Shown here: piece after piece, positions 13,901 to 25,264 of the stretch
How positions within the stretch are numbered: the stretch's first letter is position 1
How the letters are laid out: each line of letters begins with the position of its first letter
Origin: Cycas panzhihuaensis
Lineage: Eukaryota > Plantae > Cycadophyta
Length of the DNA stretch: 64,000 nt
Assembly: GCA_023213395.1 (NCBI GenBank)
Contig: CM041465.1
Coordinates: 251,913,741 to 251,977,740, forward strand
Reading direction: 5' to 3'
Program-made: the position numbers and the translations under genes
The notes under the pieces: generated by a model
Told to the model about the DNA's origin: nothing
What the model saw: the letters and a program-made list of their open reading frames with translations, nothing else
Database searches by the model: none

Positions 13901-16900
13901 GCAGCTTGTACAGGTCATTGCATTCAACCCCTTTTGCAATTACATTCCCATTGTTTTTCATGTCATAAATATAACAGAAACCCTTTTCATCAAAAAGAGT
14001 ACACAAACATTTTTTCTTCAGTTGAGAGACAGAGAGAAGGTTCATTTTTAGATATGGCACAAAGATGACATCACCTATTTTTTTAACCTTGTCTTTGATC
14101 TTGACTACAATTGTTCCAACTCATTTGATTTTGAGAGAGTATTTGTCTCCAAGTTCTACTGATTTGTTTGCAATGTAAGGCCATAAATCTTCAAACTATT
14201 CCTCTCGACTGGTCATGTGACGTGAAGCTCTAGGATCGATGTACCAGACTTCTTTATCTTGCAAATTTGTTGTTAGAACAACAACAAAGGCTATTGTTTC
14301 TTCTTCATCTTGGTCATTATTGTCAGTCTGTTCTTTGTTGTAATTTCCCATCGACTTCTTTCCTCTCTGAGTATCTGCTTTCTTACATTGAAATGGATAG
14401 TGCCCAGATTAGCCATAATGATAACATTTATCAAAGGCTCTACAAGAGCTGGCAAAATGACCTATCTTACCACAACTATAACATATCCTAGAGATGATGC
14501 TTCGACCTCTTACCCTTAAATCTTGCCATCGTCCTAGTGATGTGCTACTTGAGCCTTGCCTCCATCCTCGTGATGTGCCATAGTTCTTAGGAGATCTTCC
14601 TCTTCCCCTGCTTCGACCTCTAGATCCCAAGTTTAACATCGATGCGAAGGCATCCTTGAGATCTGCAACATCTTCATATCTTTTATTTCTTTGTTCTTAT
14701 TTCAAGAGGAGTCCTGTTAGAGTATCCAAAAACATAGTTGTCAATTAATTAACATTGGTAATGGTATTGATTGTGACATCAAATGATTTGGGTAACTTAC
14801 TGATTACGAGTTTTACCAATTCTCGTTCAGTAAGAGGGTCACCAGCACTAATAAGATTGTTATTTTGTGTAGAAACTCAGTGATAGTCTCAGTCTCCTTC
14901 ATTTGGAGATTGAACAATTCACCCTTTAGGGATATTATTTTGGCTCTATTTTTTTGACCGTACATATTCTCTAGATATTGCCAGATACTAGCAGTAGAAT
15001 ACAAATTTTCAATATAAATAAGGAGTGGGTCATAAATTGATAATTTTAAAATAATGACCCCGGCACTATCTCTTTCTTCCTAATTTGTTTGAGCAATCAT
15101 TGCATCTTTAGGTTTTGGTTCATCTTTAGTGGCAATTTGCCATGCATTTTTTGCTCTAAATAGAGTCTCTATTTTAATCCTCCAAATATGATAGTTATTA
15201 TCAGTAAGTTTGCCATTATCAGACAATACAAGCACAGAAGAAGCCATAATACAACTCAGGACTGAATTCTCAAAACCCTAGATTGTACTTTTGTACAGAT
15301 TTTTATACGGTACAGAAAGTGTACAGATAAGTACAAATGATACCTCAAAAGAAACTTGAGGCAGAGGCGAGTACAAATCTATGGTCAGTTTCCATATTAG
15401 ACCTCAGACCAAAGAGAAAAATGACCTTGAAGGATATGACCGACGGCTAGGATTTAAAGGAAAATCACTCAAAAAATAGAAAAAATAGCCACGAATCCAG
15501 ACGAAATTGCTCTAAAGAGAGGCGCAGTGCAGTAACAAACAATTTTTGAAAAAGATTTAATCAAAAACTGTGAAAAAATGAGAGAAAAATACTTGAAAAA
15601 GGTAAACCCACACAAACCTAAAAAAGGGCAAAATGACCCTGAAAACATCTTCGAATGAACTCGATCTAGAAGAGAAATATGCTCAAGACATCCAGATCTA
15701 TAATCTAGCCAAGTTTGGTCTTGATCTGAGAACTTGAAATTTTTTTACCGTACAGTTATATGGATCCGTACTTAGGCCTGGAGTGGCTTCAGACAAACTC
15801 TCTGCAACCTTCTTTTACTCTCGCCTTGACTTTGAATCTTTGTCTAAACACCTCCTTGTGTGCTTCTTTAAGATTTCCTTCAATCTGGCATATAGATGCC
15901 AAGGTTTGTCTAATATAACAGAATGGCCTACTCTAATACCATGTTGGATGGTAACATCAGAGATGGATGGAAGATAGCTTTGTTATTGATTCACAATGTA
16001 TATATACAATGAGAGCAGCAACTACCTAATAGCTATCTAATATGTGGATGACAAGTGTCCACCATTTAATTACATTACATTAGGGTGGACTTACGTCCTA
16101 ACATAATTATGTCCTAAGATAAAACATTATATTCTAACATATGCAAGATGCAGGCCGGGTGTCAAACCAACCGGAGGCAAGGGCTGCTACACTCCAGAAA
16201 CATGCATAAGGGGACTCAAACACCAGATTTACCATGGAAAACTTCTGAGAGATAAAACCCACCAACATAATGTTTAATATATTAAATATAAAACAATACA
16301 CAGTGTTTCAAAGGTGAGATGGAACACGAGAAGATGATAAGATCACATTGATTTGAGTTGATAGTTTGGAATACCAAGGGAGTACGTGTAAATATACCCC
16401 AAAGTGGTACCATATATGGTCATGCCTCCTCATCATAACTTTTCATATAAGGACACATCCCTTTGTCACACCCGCACACAATAATTAATCCCTAATGAAG
16501 CACTAAATTATAGTTAACCTAAGATAACTATCACTAATATCCCCTTGTTAATGGGAATAGGGGATGAAGTAAAATTAGATGATCCATTATTCAAGAGATC
16601 TGCCCTTGTAGATTGATCCCCCCTCAAGGATGATCTTGTCAACTGTTGACTGGTGACATTCATCCAATAGCTCTGTGAATTGGTTCACAACCCGGTTAGT
16701 GGTGGAAGAAAATTCTACTTGAAACTTGCTTTCCGCAAACACCTCTTGAACAATCGATTAGCATCTCACTTCCAATGATGATACTTAATCTTTCAGGTAC
16801 TCTTTCCCTAAACTAAGAGTTTCTTCCATAGGTCATAATATTTTTTTAATTGAAGACGAGTCCAAATCGAACATAGGGTATGTACCTTTAGCACAATTTA

Positions 16901-19900
16901 ATTAGCACAATTGTTTATCTTGTCCTTTCTTAATGACCTCAAAGGTTTACGCCTAATATAATCTCTTCAAGTCTAGGTTAACAAATGCACACTAAATATT
17001 ATTTTGATATAACTCTCCACCAAGTGTAGCTGCTAAATTTGACTTGTTTATTGACATCTAATCAATAGGTGCAATCATCGTCTCAAGGTCAATTCGAATA
17101 AAAGGGATATTTCCATGTAAAGAATCTTTTTCCTTCTCCATAGCTATTCTCTAAGAAGGATTCATTTTCCATAATGAATCAAGAATGTGGGAGTAAATGA
17201 CTTTCATTGTTTTAAGTTGATTAGTAGTTTGAATTTGAATTAGCCTTTCTATTACATCCTCAGTTGTAACCAATAATGATATAGAGGAGGTTGTCATCTC
17301 CTCAACTAGTAACTGGTGTTTTTCATTACCTTTTACTTCATCTTCCTCTTAGAGCTTGACCTTTGCAGGATTAGATGTCGTGAAGGGGGGTTATCAAACA
17401 TCTAATAGCAGAGGCTTATCAAACTAGTATGTCGATGCTTCATTAATCTTTATATCCTAAAAATGAAGGAACTTTATGTATCACTAAATCCTGTAGTCTA
17501 TGAATGTTTCCATAGTATTCCACAAAAGCACTTTTGTGACTATGGTTAGATTTCTTCATCTGTGTGTCAAAGATTAGTGCATTTACAATGCACCCTAAGA
17601 TTTTTTTAATGGAAGGCTTCTGACAAATCCATCTTTCCTATGGTATCACACTTTGAACTACAGAGGTTGGAATCTGGTTCACAATGTGAATAGCAGTTCT
17701 CATAACTTCTATCCTGAAGTTGATTAAGATGTGTTGTGTTTGCACCTTACACAATGCTATGTCGATCAAGGTATCAACTTTTCGTATGGCAACTCTATCA
17801 AGTGGGATTAACTCAATACCATGATTAGAATAGAACTTAGAAATGCAATTATTATTAGCTTTTCCATAATTACTCCTTAAGAATTTTATTTGATTTTCAC
17901 ATATTTTTAATTTGTCACTTCATCTTTCACTTCTGAATTAGCTTTGGGAGAGTATAGCCAGGAATCCCAAGTAGAAAGAAGATTATGATTAAGTCTAGGT
18001 GCATATCGTGCCTTCTCGAGATAACCACCTTTCACTTTGATTGTTTTAGTATTTTTTATTAGTACCACATCAGCATTATCGAGCATGACGCTCATCTGGC
18101 CAAGATTTTGATTCAACACATCAAAACTCTACTTTATAGGAGAAAGAAGTTGTGTGTCTGAGTCTTCTAATACTCGCACATAATAAGCTACAATCTTCTC
18201 ATTTCTATTGGCCTGCCTTAAGTTATTTTTCCTTACCCAGCAGTTCTTTTCTTTGTGGCCCATATTTTTGTAGTAGATGCATAAACCATTATATTTCTTC
18301 TTCTTCCCTTTATTGGTAACCTCTTCATGTGAACGTCTATCCCTATCTTCATCCTCATTCTTCTAAACTTTTGAGGATAATGCATGATTAGTATCAGTCG
18401 AACCTACAAACATGTGATGTTTAAGCTTAACTTCCTCTACAAGAAGTAGCTCCTTTAGCTTCTAAAACGGGGTATCTTGCAACATCTCATCAATGTTATA
18501 CATGGTCTGAAAGGTGTTGTAAGCCACTGGAAACTTGTTCATGACGATTTCAAATAGGATTTTATCTCTAATCAAGTCTTCTTCAATTCCCTCCAACTTA
18601 TTCCTGATATCAATCAACTTATTCAAATAGGGGTTGATGTTGCTCTCATCCTCAATGCAAGAGTTGAATAGTTCACCCAATAAGATGACCAAACGGTTTG
18701 TCTTCTTCTATTCAAACACGTCATAAAGGGTTTTCTAAATATCGTCTAGCATATTCAACTTATGGACAAGTGCTCTTTGATATAGAATAAGTGAGAGCTT
18801 CAGTAGACCAGTGGCATGAAACTACTTTCTCCGTGTGAGTTTTTCTAATTTAACATTACTTTCCCCTTCATTTTTCTTGGGTGGAGCCTCACAACTTAGG
18901 TCCCAAAGCTCCTAGACCATCAATACAAGCTCAATGTTGGATTTCCACTCCTCAAAAGTTGGTGTTATCAAAGATTACTTGCGGCAACAAGGTCATTCTA
19001 GCATCCATGTCTACAGATACTCTGAGTTCACCTCCACTTGATTACCAAACACGATTATAAGTCTTTGTTTCCCCTGTTTAACACTTTATGAAGCTTAATT
19101 CACCGCCTTGTGTATCACTTCATTGAGATTTAATATAAGTATGAAGCATTCTCTATAAGTAATACACCTTTTTAACTTTAATTAAAGCAAAAGTGTATTA
19201 AACGATGCTTTTTAGCACCAATAAGCTTGTTGACAAAGGTTGTAAACTCTTTGGCACAGATGTCGCATGATATTGCATGTTGTTGAGTCGAATCCAAATG
19301 GGATTATCACTGAAAGAATGTAATAACCGCTTTAAAAACCAATAAATTACTTTATCAATGGTTTATAGCTAAATATTAAAGAAAAAATATTCTCATAGAA
19401 TATTCTCTTCTTAATAATATCACCAAAATGTTGTATACAATTAATATGCCTTATGTGTTTCAAAAAAAATAATTAAACTATATCAAATATGATATATATT
19501 AATCAAATGACTAAATCGACGCATCTGTGAAAAAATAGCAGCTGCATAATTGTCGACTAATGTGATCAAATGATCGATCAAAGCATGATCAAATTTAAAA
19601 CAGGCTACACGATTAAATTTTCATCTTTAGCAGCGGCAACTTATGCAAAAAAATGATGACTTCTACCAATGTTGATTAATATTTTATCATTCTTCGTTTT
19701 AATACAGATTTCTCAAGTGGTGTAGTAGCGAACGATAGATTTTTAATTTAAGCAGTCAAAATTTTCACCAAAGATCTAGTGTGTGAACATTGACATTTAT
19801 CATTCTCATTTTCTGACATAGTGAGCTCAACAGCTGCGCATCTTCGTGATATATTTCATACGATAACGACTATTCATAGGTTTGTAATAAAGAATAAATA

Positions 19901-20833
19901 GTGATTAATTTTTTACATTAGAGCGATTTTAATAATTCATTTTAATAATTACAAAGTTTGAAGGAATCACGATTGCTATGTGAAGTCATAGGGCTACACA
20001 GATCTTCAAAAGGTGATTTTAAACTGCCAAACAACTTTCGATACCAACACAGTTAGATTTTTATCATTTATAGGTTAATCATAAGTCCTTTTTTGTTTAT
20101 CACTTCATAATGAAATTAGACAAGCAAGATCTTTCTCAAACTCGCCCAGCACTACTTTATGATGCTCAAATTGAGCCCAACATTGTTGTATGGCTTATGT
20201 TGATGCCCAACTTCATTGTACAGCTTCTAATATTGGTGCTACAAGCGTATGAGGTGCCCAATGCGTTTTGCAACTCCATATGGCCTCTTTTCTCAGTGTC
20301 AACCTGATCTATAAATCTCTGATTTTTGAATTTAATTGATTAGTGACAAATTCACACATTTCCAATCTCAAATCTAAGTTCTAATGCCATTCTTTGCTTT
20401 CTCAGGCTCTGATACTATATGAGAGTTTATGTATATGCAAGATGTCGATCGGATGTCAAACCAACTAGAGGTAAGAACTGCTACACTCCAAAAACATGCA
20501 CAAGGGGGCTCGAACACCAAATTTATCATGGAAAACTTCCAAGAGAGAAAATCCACCAACATAATGTTTAATCTATTAAATATAAAACAATATACAGTGT
20601 TTCAAAGGTGAGATGGAACATGAGAAGATGATGAGATCATATTGATTTGAGTTGATAGTTTGGAATACAAAGGGAGTACATATAAATATACCTTTAAATG
20701 GTACCATGTATAGTCATGCCTCCTCATCATAACTTTTCATACAAGTACACATCCTTTTGTCACACCTGCACATAATAATTAATCCCTAATGAAGCATTAA
20801 GTTATAGTTAACCTAAGTTAACTATCGCTAACA
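10949..20833 (-). mobile_element. Non-autonomous Copia-derived LTR element lacking RT/RNase H (gag, protease relic, altered integrase); left LTR split by another Copia
   Basis: LTRs at 10949-10969+16140-16539 and 20418-20833. PBS (rc gctctgatacta) 20406-20417; PPT (rc tcccctt) at 16540. UBN2-type gag ORF 18462-18692, decayed zinc knuckle ~18240-18285, integrase-like region 17440-17960. No RT motifs between 16540 and 17400. Confidence 0.85.
10970..16139 (-). mobile_element. Full-length degenerate Ty1/Copia retrotransposon with short LTRs
   Basis: LTRs at 10970-11151 and 15942-16139 (TGTTGG...CTAACA), TSD tatgt/tatgc, PBS rc ctctaatacca 15931-15941, PPT rc ccctctctt 11152-11160. ORF fragments give gag (ATG ~15247), CCHC, integrase (TPYTPQSNGVAE), RT (YVDDMLITG) and RNase H (DSDWAGD; HARTKHIEV). 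Confidence 0.95.
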
Positions 20834-23750
20834 ATTCCATTTTTTTATTTAAAAGCTAGATTTTTAGAACTCTCATTTGGTAACAACCTTCACAATACGA
20901 AGGTAATCCAAAGAAGTTTAGCTCAATTTTCAACACTTAAAAATCTCAAAATCTCTCTTGTTTTTTTTTTCAATTGAATACTAAAAAAAATAAATATAAT
21001 ATTTTTCCTAAGATATTCTAATCCGCAAGAGGAAAAGAAAATAAACTTTTTTGTCTTTTTCTATTTATGCAACTTTGTTTTTATGTTGTAGACATTACAA
21101 AGGGAGTAATTCTCACTAGTGGCTCTTTGTTCAAAAGAAAATAGTCATGCACACTATCGGACACTCTACTTATTGTCCAAAACCCAATTGGACACTCATT
21201 TCAACTAGTTAGGCAATCAATCCTTATTGAGCAAATTTCAGTGTAAGAAAACCCTTGTTGGATGTCATTCTTTAGGAAAAATCACTGAGTAAGCACTCAA
21301 ATTTGTTGTTGAATGATGTAGATTCATATGAGGGACATCACGCACTTGGAGATTGTTACAAAGGAGATAGTCCTCTCTATTTAGCTTCGAACCTACATTT
21401 TCACCTTCACGACTATGCGCCCATTGTAAAAGAGATATGATTCCTATTTTTGTGAAAATTAAGTCAAATTTGTCTAAACAACCTTCAGATATTATCATAT
21501 ATGTAGTTCAACGTGAACTAATCATCTCTCAAAAAATTTCGATTGGTAATTTTTTTGTTTTGATTGAATTTATCAAATTTGGGTTGTGTTGTCGATGTGT
21601 AGGAAGACAATTTGGACTCTTTTTATTTTTTAACATTTTAAATATAACTTTATGTTATATCATTTGTAATATTCTATAAAATATTCTAAACCATATAAAA
21701 TGTTACTTTCTTAAGTTTTATTTTTTACAATGATTTTTAATCATTTCATCATTTTTTCAAGATTTAAAAAACACTTATAAGTTGTGATCGCTTTAGCACT
21801 TCAAAAAAAAAAAATCAAGTGATTTTTCTAAAGTTATACATTGTTTTTAAGCAATTTTTATTACTTAAGTGACAAATTCACTATTGTACTTATTTTTAGG
21901 CTCTCTACAATGTATCCTAATTCATTAAATCAAGTTCAAAAAACATACTAGCACTAATAAAAAAATCAAACTTTTATAGTGTGTTAAGACCATTGAAGGT
22001 CTTAAAGTGTCTTTATGTGCTTAATTTTTGCACAAATTTGCTTAATGTTCTTCAAAATACTTTATTTTATGCACTAAAGAAATAAGCTTACTAACCACTG
22101 CATGCAAGCAAGCAAATCTTTTTATCATTTCATCATTATATTTAACAGCACTTAAACTGTATTCAAAGCATTAAAACTTACTTGAAATTTTCAAATAACT
22201 TCATTTAGCATCTCACTACACTTTATTTTCACTTAAAATTTATTAAAATTTCTAGGTCAAAAGACTTGAAAAAGATTTTAAGCATTGCCTTAAAGTCTTA
22301 AAATTTGTGTATTTCTAGGGGACCAATCGACCGTACAATTAGTGCATTGAAATTAAAATTAACCTTTGTGCAATGAGGTTCAAATAGAGTGTTATTAAAA
22401 CTGTGAACTCTAAGGAAATCATGGTAAGGTTGTACAAATCAACCCTGCCTTTTTGTTCTAAAACTTGATCTTTAACCAATTGTTAAATCTCCTTTATATA
22501 TTAGGGTTGGACTACTTAAAATCCTAGCCCTCCACTTTCTTTACTTTATTCAATTATTGGATCTCTTCATAGATGACAGTTATTGGTGTATTATTTGCAA
22601 GTAGAACTTAAGCAACAAAAGTTTTAAGTCCAAAATTCAATCTTTTAGTGACAAAAATAAAACTTAAAAATAGTTGTTATTTATAAGCTTAACGCAAGTT
22701 CCATTAAACTTAATAAACAATAAAACTTTCAGGATTGAAAGAAACAACCAAAGAACTTGTTAATTCTAAATGAATTATGGAGCTATGTGTGTGGTGATTT
22801 CCTAAACATGATCCAACTCTAAATCTTTCTGATCCAAATATGATGGTACCTATTAATCCTACTTCAATTATTACTTAGAAATCTAAGGATGAAATAACAT
22901 TAGTTTTTTTGCAAATAACAATTGTTGGAGTCAAAAGTGACCTAATGGCTATGTGAGGACCAGAGGTAGGTCAGATAACTTGGGGTTGTGCAGTGCAGGG
23001 CCGTGCAGATGCATACGAGGTAAAGCAGCGAGAAAAACAAGCATTCGTGCGTATGGCGGTGCATACCGAGGTACGCATGACAGGAACGTACCAGCGGCGG
23101 AACGGAACCAAGCGGCGGCGGTACGCACGACTCCAGGGGACCAGTGAAGACCTGTGGAGGTGCCAGACGTACGTACGGACGTACGGATCCAAATGACTAA
23201 TTAATTAAGGCCAAATAAAGTGATTAAGTGAAGAGGTATGCATGATCGAGAAGTACGGTTATGACGGTCATAACCCTTCAGCCAAAAGGTACCAGCATGA
23301 GTACTTAAGGAGGTACGCATGATTCACCTGGTTAGGGTGAGAGCCGAATATCATGGGTACGCTAGGGTACAGAAGACAGTACGCATGACAGCCAATTGGA
23401 ACATGAATGTATGATAAGTACCATCTGGGTACGCATATGTAATAGAAGGACTGTATGCTGCTGGAATACTCAGGAATGTATTCCAACCTCTGTGTAAATG
23501 AACTGTTGAATTAATAAAAGGAAGAGTTACGTGGAAATTGGTGTATGCTTGATGTTGTGATGATGATTTGTTGAAGTATGTATTGATTTACATCTGCCGT
23601 GTACCATTCTCGTGAATTATATATGGAATGTATGTGAATGACCATGTTGATGTGATCCCTGAAACTAGACTATAGCGCTGTGTAACCTTGACAAGTGCAG
23701 CAAAGGGTATCTCGTAAGTGTAACAAGACACCCCCAGCAGAAGTCAACAT

Positions 23751-23762
23751 TGGTTCCGCTGC
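23751..23762 (+). promoter_or_regulatory. Primer-binding site, tRNA-Glu-like
   Basis: TGGTTCCGCTGC lies 1 nt after the LTR. The 3' end of plant tRNA-Glu as recalled (...GGCAACGGAA-CCA) has complement TGGTTCCGTTGCC. Confidence 0.6.
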
Positions 23763-24189
23763 TCACGTCCGCTGAGGAGGGACAAGGCCTAGGGTTTCAA
23801 GGAAAAAGAATGTGTAAGGCGGCGAGGACCACAGGTCACGTCGTAATGGTAGGCTGTAACTAAGCCACTTGCAACCAGGGGACCTTCCAATGCCACCTAA
23901 GAGGCCTTCAAGGTCGGAAGAGCCCCAGAAGGATACTTCACCTAAGGAAAAGGAAACCAGCAGACAAAGGGCACGTATAAGACAAAATACGCAAAACAAC
24001 AAATCATTACATACCTGCGAACATTCTCGTGCAGTACGCAGAGCGGAACGGACTACGGCAAACAAGGATTTGCTCGAATACGCATCACAATGCGCAAAAC
24101 AGTGAAATGGAAAGCGTTCCTCAGAGGTACGTACGTGCGGTTCTACTGGTACGCTTTAGTTTCTTTCTTACCTCTAGAAATCCGCAGCC

Positions 24190-25264
24190 ATGATGAGGAC
24201 AGCAGGGTGCCAAGAGGCATACATTCCCAAGCTCAAACAGGACCTCCAAGCCCTACTAGCGGCATTTCAGATGAGGGTTAAGCAGGCAGGCTGGAAGGAC
24301 TACATTTTTTGTAACCCTATGTATTATGACCCGGAATTAATGGACCAAATCCTGATGGCCCTAAAAGCAAACAGCAGTAAGGTTAAAATGGACGCAGATA
24401 TAGTCCATACTATCACTGGACTTCCCAAGGAGGGAGAAGTTCTATTGGGAACAAAAAGATCAGAGGTTGACAGGGAAATGTGGATGAGGGAGCTATGCCA
24501 GCCTAACACTCAAATAATGTCCGGTGGAATCAGGGTAGCTGACATTATAGACAACAGATTACAGTGGGTGGCCAAAGTGATTAATTCTAGGTTTTTGTCA
24601 AAGAGGAAGTATACCTACATCCAGGGAGGCATGATGCAGGTACTATTAAAAATTCGGGATGGAGAAAGAATGAATTGGTCCGAATTTTTGTCAGAGAATA
24701 TGAGGCAACAACATTCAGAAATCTGGACACACCCCTTCCGCCATCCTTCATTGCTTTTGGTAATATTATTTTACCAGTGTCTGGAAGTTCAATTAACCAG
24801 AACTACCATCTCTCCTCGGGAACCAATCATCAAACAATGGGTAGCAGAGTTCCCAAATACAACAATGAGCATGGAAGCCAAACGGAGAGTTCAGAAGCAA
24901 ATGCAGAAGGTCCTTACCTGGTTACAAAAAACCCCAGGAACACCTATTCCTCATAGGACAAAGCAAATCGTCCATCGTCGCAGGAAGAGGAAGAAAGGGG
25001 AGGAGGAAACAGAAGAAGAAGAGGAGGAAGAGGCAGAAGCATCCTGGGAAGAATGGGAAGACTTCCCAAGAAGCAGAGGCCTGAGAGCCTCAAAGACCTC
25101 CTACACCGCAGGACAAAGCAGGACCAATCATTCAGATGATTCAGGATTTGGAGGCAGGGTATAAAGCAGAGATAGCGGCCCTTCAGGAGAAAATAAAGGA
25201 GAAGGATGCCATTATTGCCACCCTGACACAGATAAACGAGGAAATTTTGGGAGGACCGAGGTAG
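24190..25264 (+). CDS. Retroelement accessory protein (PMD/Transposase_32-like; NLS, acidic tract, probable C-terminal coiled coil after a frameshift near 25080)
   Basis: 324-aa open frame 24190-25164 with ITGLPKEGE, NWSEFL and FRHPSLL motifs, then RRRKRKK and poly-E. The +1 frame from 25085 reads ...QDLEAGYKAEIAALQEKIKEKDAIIATLTQINEEILGGPR* and ends at 25264. The family assignment is from motif memory only. Confidence 0.7.

Noticed and set aside
24190-25164. True retroviral-type envelope glycoprotein
   Set aside because: No signal peptide, only a short hydrophobic stretch (LLLVILFY), and a basic NLS-like run argue for a nuclear protein.
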